A DNA stretch of 64,000 nucleotides from Somniosus microcephalus (taxonomy: Eukaryota): positions 68,572,001 through 68,636,000 of the forward strand of contig CM126223.1 of the NCBI GenBank assembly GCA_052327205.1. Reading direction: 5' to 3'. Under the pieces are notes generated by a model. The model was given only the letters and a program-made list of their open reading frames with translations. It ran no database searches and was not told where the DNA came from. Made by a program: the position numbers and the translations under genes. This document shows positions 24,755-35,928 of this stretch, piece by piece. Numbering within the stretch: position 1 is the first letter of the stretch; each line of letters begins with the position of its first letter.

Positions 24755-25750
24755 TCAACAGCTTACATTTACATAGTGTCTTTAACATAGCAAAATGTCC
24801 CAAGGCCCTTAACTAGAGCGATATCAATAAAAATGTTGGCACCAAGCCACAGAAGGAGGGATCAGGCCTTGGTCAAAGAGGTAGGTTTTAAGGAGCATCT
24901 TAAAGGAGGGGAGAGAGGTGGAGAGCTTGGGGCCAAGGCAGCTGAAAGCACGGCCACCAATGGTGGAGCAACAAAATTGGGGATGCGCAAGATGCCAGAA
25001 TTGGACGAGCGCAAAGATCTCGAAGGCTTGTAGGGCTGGAGGAGGTTACAGAGATGGGGAAGGGTGAGGTCATGGAGGGATTTGGAAAAAACCAGGATGA
25101 GGATTTTAAAATTGAGGCATTGTCCGACCGGGAGCCAGGGCAGGTCAGCAAGCACAGGGGTGATGGGTGAACGGGGCTCAGTGCGAGTTAAGATATATGG
25201 CAGTAGAGTTTTGGATGAGCACGCGTTTATGTAGGGTGGAAGGTTTCAGCAGCAGATGAGCTGAGGCAGGGGCGGAGTCAGGTGATGTTACGGAGGTGGA
25301 AATAGGCAGTCTTGGTGATGGAGCGGATATGTGGTCGGACGCTCATCTCGGGATCAAACACAAGACCAAGGTTGCGAACGGTCTGGCTCGGCTTCAGATA
25401 GTTGCCAGGGATGGAATCGGTGGTCAGGGAACGGAGTTGTGGATCAAAGGCCATGACTTCTGTCTCCCCAACCTTTAGTTGGAGGAAATCTCTGCTCATC
25501 CAATACTGGATGCTGGACAAGCAGTGTGACAAATCGGAGTCAGTGGAGAGGTCAAGAGAGGTGGTTGAGATGGAGCGGAGTGAACCTGATAATTGTATTT
25601 TTGGATGATGTCACCGAGGGGCAGCAGATAGATGAGAAATAGAAAGGAGCCAAGGATAGATCCTTGAATGGAACCAGGCAAGGGCAGTTCCACCCAGCTG
25701 GACGTTGGAGGAGGATGGTGTGGTCAACTGTGGTCGAAGGCTGCAGAAAG
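24755..25750 (-). mobile_element. L2 LINE 3' fragments; further L2 pieces ~23400-23580, 41170-41700(-), 42980-43390(+), 56640-56910(+)
   Basis: QGSILGSFLFLIY, VRNLGLVFDPEM, ITKTAYFHLRNI, LPWLPV...FKILIL. Confidence 0.8.
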
Positions 25751-26324
25751 GACGGTCGAGTCCAATCCTATCCTTAGCCATTTCCCACCCACAGCCCTTC
25801 CAGCAGTGGTCAGTGAATAACGATCAGGCATAACAACTTTGCCCAATTCTTCCTCCCATTAACTCCGAGGTGTTGGGCCAATTGTAGTATCTCTGCCATC
25901 GGCCAAGATCGGTTAATTCAGCACAGGTTGGAGATCAAACCTGGTTCTTCCTGGCCTGTGTGGCTCAGCTGAGACGTGCCATCAGCTAAAACATTTTAAA
26001 GATTTAATATCGATGTCCACAATTGTCCATTTTGCACTACTAGTCGCTGGGTGGGGATCTCACTGGAATATGGAGATCAGCATCACTGTACTTGTAAACG
26101 CAATGTGTAGTCCTGGGGTTTGGTCTCATCTTGTTGTTTCACTCAAATTCTTGTCAGCCACCGACCGTATCTGGTTGACGGAGTGAGCAGATGACCTACC
26201 CCAAGGCTCCTGCTGTAAGTTTACTCACAACAACTTACCTTGCACCTCCACCCATCCCTCTCTGTCTACATTATCACTTCCCCATTTCACTAGCTAGCCT
26301 TTGTGAGAGCAGACTGGAGACCTT

Positions 26325-28004
26325 GGCTGCGATTTCGCCGACTGAGGCGGGGTCGTTGTAGCAGTCCCAGTCCCAGCCCGCTGTCTACCGCAGCCCGCAC
26401 TCTCCAAGTGATTTTGCATTAATAGGGCTTGTTAAGCCCGCCCTGCGAGGTTCTCGGCCAATTAAAAGGAAGCGGGTCTGATGATGTCATTTGATGACTC
26501 GTCATCAGCTGGTTTCCTTAAAGGGGTCATGTCCAAATTGATTTTGATCATTCTGTCAGTGTTCTGCAGCATTGAGGTGCTGCAAACACTGACAAGCGAC
26601 TGCACCCAGGCTCTCCCATGACACTCTCCATATGCTTTTGGAGAGAGTCACAGAACGCAGGGAGGTTCTCTCCCCTTCCCATGGGTGGAGAACACCTCCC
26701 CAGGAGATCAACGCAGCCTGGTTGCACATTGCACAGGAGGGCACAAGCAGGGATGTCGTCAGGAGGACCAGGCTGCAGAGGTGCAAACCTTTCAGTGATC
26801 TCAGTAGATCACGAAACGTTACTGCAAAGCCACACTCTACCACATCCACATCACTCTGTCTTCCCTACCGTACTCCTGCACATCTTTACTCACAACAACT
26901 TGCCTTGCACCCCCACCCATCCCTCTCTGTCTACATTATCACTTCCCCATTTCACTAGCCACCCCTCATACTCACCCTCATCCTACTGCAATCATACCAA
27001 CTAACAACACACAAGGGTAGGCACTTGGGTGGTTTAGCCAATGTTTATGTGAAGTTTCTGGTAATGTGCTGTCAAACATTGAAACCTTTTTTCAGCACAC
27101 TGCGTTCTTGGACAGATTTGTGTGCACCTTTTGGAAGTGGCTTAGTGAGTTGCAGTGAATGGTGAGACATAAGGAGGTACCCACCCCACCCCACAATGGT
27201 GAGGAGTGTGAAAGGAATGGCTTGGGCATTGTAGGGATGCTTTATGGTGTTGGTGTGGGGTGGTGCCAACCTGGCGCATCATGTGGCATCCAGGGTGTAC
27301 AGCGCCATGGTGAGGCCATCCCTGGCCTGGGCAGCAATGTGGTCGGGTGCTGATGTCCTGTGCAGCATCAGTTGATTGCGGAGAAGGCTGCTGGCGATGT
27401 TGGGGCTGATCTTGGTGGGATTCGGAGAACCAAGGTGAGATATTTTCAAGGGCAACGATGCTGATGGCATAGATGGCAGGTGAGGTTGACATGACCGAAG
27501 CGATCTGTCAGTGGTGAGAGAGGTTGTTCCAATGAGGTGACACTGGATAGAGATTTGGCTCCAAGCACTTGCAAGCTGCAGAAAGCTCAATCTGTCTTCC
27601 AAATGCAGAAACCAACAGTTTCTGAGCTATGAAAGTGAAGAGTTGTAACATGGAATCTTTATACAATGTTGGCAGCTGTCAGGTCATGGGATAGTTCAAT
27701 GCTGAATCCACTTACGCCAGGGTGAGCAGACTTGTTCCCTGAGCAGCGGGTAACCCGTGGGGGAGCACGTAAAATTGAAATGTAGGCTTAAAATAACAGT
27801 TAATTGGATGTTAACAACCCATTTAATGTGAATTGCTTCCCCCACTGCTTCGTGTCGGGTCTGTTCAGCGCTGACAGACCCGACACCTGGGAGACTCGTG
27901 TGGAGGTGGGTTGACAGCGGGTTCCCTACCTGCTGTCATCTTTGCTATTTTGACAGCTGACCTGCCTCCGAACCCGCCCTCTGAGCGCTGGAAAAATTCA
28001 GCCC
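26325..28004. mobile_element. Harbinger-type element with Myb/SANT-like remnant (+, ~26600-26820)
   Basis: Termini ggctgcgattt / aaaattcagccc; flanks CTT/CTT. Peptide APRLSHDTLHMLLERVTERREVL...AAWLHIA...RRTRLQRCKPFSDL. Confidence 0.65.
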
Positions 28005-28741
28005 CTTATCCCTGATTCTCACTGCCTTCTCTGTGGAGCGTACTGTTGCCTCTATTTGACACCTGCATGGCCATTACAGGCTTTTTTTTAAAAAAAGTAC
28101 TTGACATAATGCATTGTAATACCATATTTTGTAAGTGCCATATGTTAAGATCCAAGTGTAATGGGCATTCATAGCTTTAATTTTGGAGAATATTTTTTAA
28201 AGTCTGCTGGACCAACAAAACGCAAGTGTCATAACTGCGATCAAATGAGCAAAGCTGTCTCTGATTCAGAAGGTTGTAGGTTCAAACACTCTCCAGGACT
28301 TGAGTACATAATCCAGGATGACACTTCAATGCAGCAGTGAGGGAACATTGCCAATTTGTGGATGCGATGTGAAATCGAGGTCCCATCTGTCCGTTAAGAT
28401 GGATGTACACGATCGCATGACACTACTTGAAAAGCAGAGAATTCCCCATGCATATTGGTCAACATTCCTCCCTGAATGTCAACCACCACCATCAGAAACA
28501 CAATAGCTGGTCATTTATCTCAATTGCTATTTGTGGCATCTTTCTGCCATGATTGCCTACCTAACTGTGACTATACCTGCAAAGCAATTCATTGCGAAAT
28601 GCTTTAAGATGTGATGAGGCACGATATAAAAGCAAGTTTTATTCTTTCCTTAGGCACATTCTAATATTTGTTTTCATAATGTCCAGAACATTCGACATTC
28701 CCCCTTGCTGACCTCGGTTTGTTTGGGCTTTTTTTTTATAG

Positions 28742-29011
28742 ATTGGTATGGTGGCCTGGAAGATGCATCTGAAGTCACCAGAATGCCCAGATGGCCGTGA
28801 CGTCATTGTCATAAGCAACGACATCACCCACAAGATCGGGTCCTTTGGGCCGCAGGAGGACCTCTTGTTCCTGAGAGCCTCGGAGCTTGCCAGAACCAAA
28901 GGCATCCCACGCATTTACATTGCAGCAAACAGTGGAGCAAGGATCGGATTGGCAGAAGAAATCCGACACATGTTCCATGTGGCCTGGGAAGACCCTGCTG
29001 ATCCATACAAG
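28742..29011 (+). CDS. ACACA: ACACA exon B (270 nt): [40 protein letters not shown]...[13 protein letters not shown]...DPADPYK
   Basis: ttttatag acceptor, gtaaac donor, in frame with exon A. Carboxyltransferase motifs NDIT..IGSFGP and [14 protein letters not shown]. Confidence 0.97.
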
Positions 29012-29524
29012 GTAAACACTGGCTCCGAATGGATAATTATGGGTAATTGCTGATAATTACGGTTTCAGTTGGCTCATCTTAATCATGCTGTCCAAATAAA
29101 TGAATTTCCGATTAGCCATCAGTTTCAACGAATTGAATCCTTGCTAAAGTAAGTCCGCAGTACAGATGGTGATATTTTCCCAGTTCTGGTTACTATGCAT
29201 AGCCCTGGTTTACGTGTGTTTACTGCCTGCTGTTTTGATCAGATATTCAGAGTTTTTTTTTAAGACTCTTTTAAAAAGGCCCTTTTAGGACCCAGCGACG
29301 TTGGGGAGTGCTGCTTTAATGCTTCCACCACCTAAGTGAAACTGTTTGTCTTACCTATGCATTCGCACACATCTTCAATCTAAGTGGCTGCTTAAGTAGA
29401 GCCTGTGGAACTGGCCAAGCATTTCTTAAAACTTAAGTGCAAAATCTAACACCCTAAGCTCTCTTTTTTACTTTTTGTGATCTTAAGAATTGATGGATTT
29501 GAGAATCTTTGTGGGATAATGAGT

Positions 29525-29775
29525 CAGTGGCTGTTATTTTTCATGGGATAATGAATTTGACCCCAGTTCTTGTACCTGGGTTTGAATATGGTCTGGACTG
29601 ATGGGCTGAAAGACTCCTTTCTGGCCACTGTAAAGGCCTCATGTGAAATTAGTTTGGATAATCTCGACCCAGTACCTATTGAATGGAGGTCTACATCAGA
29701 ATATTGTCCATAATATTACACTGAATGGCAATGTCGCACAGAGACCATAAGGATAGCTGATGTGAGAAACAGAAA
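29525..29775 (+). mobile_element. LF-SINE-like element, degraded
   Basis: tRNA-like head (gggtttgaat) and core ggcctcatgtgaaattagtttgga...ccagtacctattgaatggaggtctacatca, resembling the recalled LF-SINE core. Confidence 0.5.
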
Positions 29776-30892
29776 AATCTCAGTTCTTTAATGTCGGGTA
29801 CATCACGGTCATTTTGGTGCTGCATCTGATCTGCACCACATCAGAGCTGGGAGTAATCAATGTGACATAAGATGCCAAAAGAATTCCAATATTTCAACAC
29901 TAATGTCTCTCGCTTTGAACATAAAACCTCCTTAAAATTAAAAGACCAGACTATGCATGCGAGGATCCTGTGAATATACCCTGCACACTCGTGTAGAAGA
30001 CTACTCCAAATTCCATCCAACTACCACCACCCCCCCCGCCAAAAAAAAATCCATAGCCATTGTGTAAGAGTTAATATTACAACCTTCCCAGCATCAAAAT
30101 TGTCACCTTCATTGGTGCCACAATACATTTTCTCTGTTTCTTTTCACCCAGCACACTCCTGTCCGCTGTGATATTTAAAAGGAAGCTTTCCCTGCTGACT
30201 TCAGTCCTGATGCACGCTGTTGATTTTAAATCTCTGCTGCCTCTATCTGTCCTGCTGAGCTGACTCGGATTGTAAATCAGAAGTGGGAGCTTGGACTGGA
30301 CTCCGGAGGGAAAGTTGCCATTTAAATATATCATAGTGCTGGAAGAAAGAACAGAGCCGAGCAGCAGTTGATGGGAATGCTGCGGGGTTGACGTGTATAA
30401 GATGCACCCCTCCTCCACCTTTAACCGTTATTCATGGGTATATACAGTCGATGTTGACTCTCGATGCCTCCCACATTATGACTACGTTTACGTTTCCAAA
30501 CAGCTCTGATTGATTTATTTCAAAAGTCTATTCCTGTTGGATCTTTTGTTGGGATAGTTTCCTGGGATATCTGACTGGATGTTTTGATAAAGGTTGTTAG
30601 AATTCCCCCACCCCGTGTTACTACCATTTGAGTAAATATTGACTCCGAAACCATTCCACTGAGCTCAACAAACATATCTGCCTTTTAACCTGGGCACCTA
30701 CAGTAAATGTTGCATTTAACTACTTCAGAAGCCCGACAGTAACATCAATACTCGTTCAATGGAAAGAATGGATGACATCTGTTTTTGTAAGGAGCTGCTT
30801 TGCAGTCATGAACATGGGCTGCAAGAGCCTGGGCTGGGTTAGAACGTTCTGTTGCCATGTTCAGATGCACTCATTGTCCTGTACATTCACAG

Positions 30893-30990
30893 GGATACAA
30901 GTACCTGTACCTCACACCTCAGGACTATAAGAAGGTCAGTGCACTGAACTCTGTGCACTGTGAACATGTTGAGGATGGAGGAGAGTCAAG
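30893..30990 (+). CDS. ACACA: ACACA exon C (98 nt): [32 protein letters not shown](R)
   Basis: cacag acceptor, gtatgt donor. Phase-2 end (AG) is completed by the G that starts exon D. Confidence 0.96.
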
Positions 30991-31589
30991 GTATGTAATG
31001 AGCAGCATGTGGCATTGTAGTCGCTAAGCCTGCATTGACGCGTAATGTTGGGTATAAGCGTAACATTTTTCCACTTGAACTGTGGAAAAGCATCCAGTAC
31101 AATTTAGATGATGCTCCTCCAAATATGGATCGTGTCTGGAGAGAGTATTTTGAGCTGTGTAGGATGAAGTACTGTTGGTTGCAGATCTCTCTCTTATTGA
31201 TGGGAGTAATTTGAGATGCTGAATTAAGACCATCACAACAGTGGATTGTATAATCTTCGAGTGTTAGCCATATTGTGCCTCCTTGCTAGAGCACGTTGGT
31301 GCTATTGTGTTAAGTATCTCTAGTGCATGGCAATAAATGTTTTATTCTAGTTGGAACTTGGGGGCTATGGGCCCAGTCCAGAAATGCTGATTACACAGGT
31401 GGTCTCAGCTGTTGGAAAGATCTTTGTCATCCCTTTAAGATAATTACAGCGCCTAGACCCCCCCCCCCCCCCCCCCCCCCACCCCCGGTACCTCACATTT
31501 ACTCAGGAAGCCATACACCGAATCTCGTGTCACTCCACACCCCACAAAATCACTTGCCCAAACAAATTTATTTCAGTAGATTTCATATT

Positions 31590-32157
31590 CAAAGTATGTG
31601 TTGTGATATAAGTACTGTGTAGACCACACTTGGAGTATGTACAGTTCTGGTCTCTATATTACGGAAAGGATATAGAGGTACTGGAGAAGGTGCTAATAAG
31701 ATTTACAAGGATGATTACCAGAACTGAGCAGTTATAAGTTTCTGGAAAGACTGAACATGCTGGTGCTCTTTTCTCTAGAAAAGAGAAGGCCGAGCGGTGA
31801 CCTAATAGATAAAATTATGAATGTATTTGATGGGGTAGACATACGTTTCCACTTTTGGGGAATCCAAAACTAGGGGTCATAAATATAAGACTGTCACTAA
31901 TGAATCCAATAAGGAATTCAGGAGAAACTTCTTTACCCTAAGAGTGATTAGAATGTGGAGCTTGCTAGCACATGGAGTAGTTGAGGTGAATATAGCATAG
32001 GTGGCTTTAAGGGGAAGCTAGATAAGTACATGAGGGAGAAAGGAATATCAGGATAGGATGAGCTGAAATAAGGCGGGAGGAGGCTCGTGGAAAGCATAAA
32101 CAGCAGCGTGGACCTGTTGGGCCGAATGGTCTGTTTCGATGCTGTAACTTCTATGTA
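31590..32157 (+). mobile_element. CR1 LINE 3' fragment
   Basis: RPHLEY..QFW, LFSLEKRR..GDLI and tail ttgggccgaatgg...cttctatgta. Confidence 0.8.
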
Positions 32158-32952
32158 AAGTATATATGCGGACTTGACTTTTTCCTCGGTAATTATCCAT
32201 GTTTAATGTGTGCAGTGATGTCTTCTCAACTGTGCTGGATTCTGGATTGACAGGCTCCAACCTCCATGCTGTTTCACTGTTTGCCTCCCGTACAGGAGGG
32301 TTCTCAGCATTTTCAACTATGCGGTGTGTAGGGCAGGAATCTGTATTGAGGGAAGGTACTCCTTCTGGCAGTGTTAAAACGTGCTGCCTGGTACGTTCAT
32401 TGAAGGATGCCATTGATGGAGACTTCGTTGGCAGATATTTTGGTGGGAGGGAAATATTTTAGGAGGTGATCAGTTAACTAATTTTATTTTTCAGTGTCCG
32501 AGCATATCTGATACCAATTGTGTAAAGGTTGGGACATAAAGCCTTTTAATAAGGATCCCTGCTCACTGTGCCTTATATGAGGATCTGTCATAGGATTTGA
32601 CCTGGCTATGGTGATGGCTGATGTCCTCCATGAATGAACAGCCTGTTGCCATTCACTGTCTGTCATACGTGAGGAATGGCCACGTGGGTGAGGTACTGGA
32701 GGGATGCTGGTGAGCATGGAACTGTGCCTCAGCATCTTCAGGAGAGGGGTGGAGATTGAGAAAAGCAGAAAATAAAGCCCATTATGATCTGTGGCTTCAT
32801 ATCCTGGGCTGCTTGGCTGTTTGAGTTAGATGATTGTTAATGGGTCCCCTATAAGGTCCCAGACCACATTTAAATTTGGTTTGATTCAGTTTGGATTGGT
32901 TTCCTTGTAGTTGACCTTTTTTAATGTGACTTGATGGCTTCTTGTTTCACAG

Positions 32953-33073
32953 GTATAAAATAACCGATATCATTGGTAAAGAAGAGGGCCTGGGAGTTGA
33001 GAATCTCCGTGGATCAGGAATGATAGCTGGAGAATCATCCTTGGCTTATGACGAAATCATCACCATGAATTTG
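32953..33073 (+). CDS. ACACA: ACACA exon D (121 nt): (R)[40 protein letters not shown]
   Basis: tttcacag acceptor, gtatgt donor; [12 protein letters not shown] motif. Confidence 0.96.
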
Positions 33074-34002
33074 GTATGTCCTGGAACGTTTTAAAGAGAC
33101 TTGGAAAAATAATACGTTTGTGTACTTTGGTATCTGCTTTGGTTAAGTGGTAGCATTCTCATCTGAATCAGAAGGTTGCGGGTAAGTCCCACTCCTGAGA
33201 CTTGAGCACATAATCTTGGCTGACACTCCAGTGCTGTACTGAGGGAATGTTGCATTGTTGGAGGTGCTGACTTTTGGATGAAACGTTAAACTGAAGCTCC
33301 ACCTGCCCCCTCGGGTGGATGTGAAAGATCCCTTGGCATTATTCGAAGAAGAATAGGGGAGTTGCCCCCGTGTCAATATTATTAAAAAAAAAAAAAAACA
33401 GATTTTCTGATCATTATCTCATTGCTGTTTGCTGTGTGCACATTGGCTGCTTTGTTTCATACATCACAACAGGGTCTACACTTCAAAAGTACTTCATTGA
33501 CTGTAAAGCGCTTTGGGACTTCCTGAGGTCGCGAGAAGCACTATATAAATGCAAGTCCTTTTGCTCCATCTAGTGGCTTGGTTGAGGACCTGGCAAAACG
33601 ATGCATTGTCAAATTGTCCCCATAACCAAAATAAAAATTGCAAGGGCTTCTCCTTGATCCAGCACACTTGCAGAGATTACATTTTGGGAAACTGCAGAGG
33701 TATGGTGCATGAAACGGGTGGAGAATCGTGGGGTATTGTGTGTGTGTGTGTGCGACTTCTTGCAATCACCAGTGTGTGTGTGCGTGCGTGCCACTTCCTG
33801 CAATCACCGAATCATTCCCCAACATTTACACGTATATGCTCCGTGATCGTGTATCTGGTTTTGTGGGGTTTTTTCTCCTGCTAGAATTTAAGAAAAAAAA
33901 TGTAGATTTACTTGAACAATCTGCGGACTCATCACCCAATTTAATTGGGGAAGTCTTTGGCTGGAAGATGAACTGTTATCTGATCTGGTTGTCTGATTGT
34001 AG

Positions 34003-34113
34003 GTCACGTGCCGTGCAATTGGTATTGGTGCCTACCTTGTAAGACTGGGACAGAGAACCATCCAAGTGGAAAATTCGCACATCATTTTGACCGGAGCTGG
34101 TGCTTTGAACAAG
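34003..34113 (+). CDS. ACACA: ACACA exon E (111 nt): [37 protein letters not shown]
   Basis: tgtag acceptor, gtaaaa donor; [12 protein letters not shown] motif. Confidence 0.97.
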
Positions 34114-35118
34114 GTAAAAGCAAGCTTTTTGCATTGTTAAAACTCCGTAGTTGGCCGTCCTTGCCAAGATAACACTTTTTCCAGCTGTCCTCAGTGTAGT
34201 GCGCCGTAGCTATCAGCTAAAGCCCAATATAGTATTGACTTTACAAAAAAATTGCAATTGTATTTTTATTTAGAAATCCAGGGTGTTTGAATTATTTATG
34301 AAGCACTGGTATTTTTGAGTGACAGTCGTTTTTAGTGCCATTCTTAATGAAATCGTCCCCTAATAATCTCTAAGGAAGGTTGTGCAGCAATACAATAAAA
34401 GGAGCATAATGGGATTGCGCACAGTGTAAACCGATCTAATGTTGCCAAAAGCAGAATTCATCAAATTATAGGAAAATGGGATATGAGTTGTATAGCAGGA
34501 CACCATCCACATGTTGGAAAATGCTAGAACAAATCTACTTGCAAGTAGAATAACTGTTGTATTAGAATGGAATTTTTACGTGATCCCACATATATAAATA
34601 AACAAAATAAGTTGATGTTTTAAATCCAGTTAGGAGATGAACTGTTTAAACTCTCTCCGCCATCCCATTTTGTACACTGTTTTCTCCCTGTCTTGGTGCT
34701 CCATATTATGAATTAATCGCAGAACCAAACAGCCCTCTGCCAGGTCAACCTAGCGGGAAAGAGAGTCCGGGCTCGAAGAATTAAAATCTCCCGGGCCTCA
34801 CTCTGTCTGGCTCGTCCCCATGCCGCCTGAGTTGAAATGAGGGCGATAGTAAGTGCTCATGGGCTTCCGTGACATTCTTTATTACTATCTACATTAAGTG
34901 AAATGATGATATTAAGGGCCAATGCTTTCTCTGTAGAGCTTTTCCACCCACTTGTATCGGGGAAGGAAGACGTCGTGCAAGTAATATCCATCCACAGTGG
35001 CATCATTTTACAAAAAAATTTTCAGCATGGTCGAAATGTACTGCTGAAGAAACTCTCATTTTTCGGGAAACAACATTTGTTTCATTAGTATATCTGATTG
35101 CATCTCACTAATAAGTGT

Positions 35119-35316
35119 ACGCTGGAAAAACTCACCAGGCCAGGCAGCATCCGTGGAGAGAGAAACAGAGTTGACGTTTTCAGGTCGAAGACCTTTCGTC
35201 GACCCGAAACGTTAACTCTGTTTCTCTCTCCACGGATGCTGCCTGGCCTGCTGAGTTTTTCCAGTGTTTTCTGTTTCGGATTTCCAGCATCTGCAGTATT
35301 TTGCTATTGTATTGCG
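35119..35316. mobile_element. Inverted (fold-back) Penelope-like terminal repeat insertion
   Basis: Arms 35122-35180 and ~35206-35264 are near-perfect reverse complements; 14-bp flanking duplication TCACTAATAAGTGT. Confidence 0.75.
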
Positions 35317-35776
35317 TCACTAATAAGTGTTATAGGTCCATTAGAGTTGTCATCAGGTGAAAAATAGAATTTTTGAAAAACTAAGAAGATTGTCGGAAAT
35401 GTACTGGCTGGTGGATTTTTTTTTTGTGCTGGTATAGCAAGGAGGGGAAATAGAATATCTGGAGTAAATGGAGACTTCAGTTTGCCTAGCACTGTGAGGT
35501 TATTGTTGGCAAAACTGCCCACAAATTACTTTCAAAATGACCAGTCCTAGCATAATGCAAGCAGTTGCTGACAAAGGTGAAAAGGGTTGATTTTATACTT
35601 TATATAAGAGCATTTTTATTTTACCTTAAATGCTGGGTAAATTTTTGTAATACACTTTTGAATGGTTTTCCTGGGATTCCCCTTTGAAGGAGGTTGGTGC
35701 TAACTTCACGTGTTGTCTGAGTTGGATAGTAAGGAGGAATCGTGGTTTTTCACTTTACAAACCCTAGGGTGCTGAG

Positions 35777-35928
35777 CAACGTTTCCGCTAAGCTGCGCGG
35801 TCTGGGGGTCCCGTTGCAGGCCGCTCACCGGCTTTTACGTGGAAGAAACCGCGCATGCGCAAAAACTTGAATGAGCCGCATAGCCAGTTAAAGGGACCGC
35901 GCATGAAAAAAAAAATGAGGGAACATTG
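35777..35928. mobile_element. hAT-type MITE
   Basis: caacgtttcc...gggaacattg; flanks gtgctgag/gtgcggag. Confidence 0.8.
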
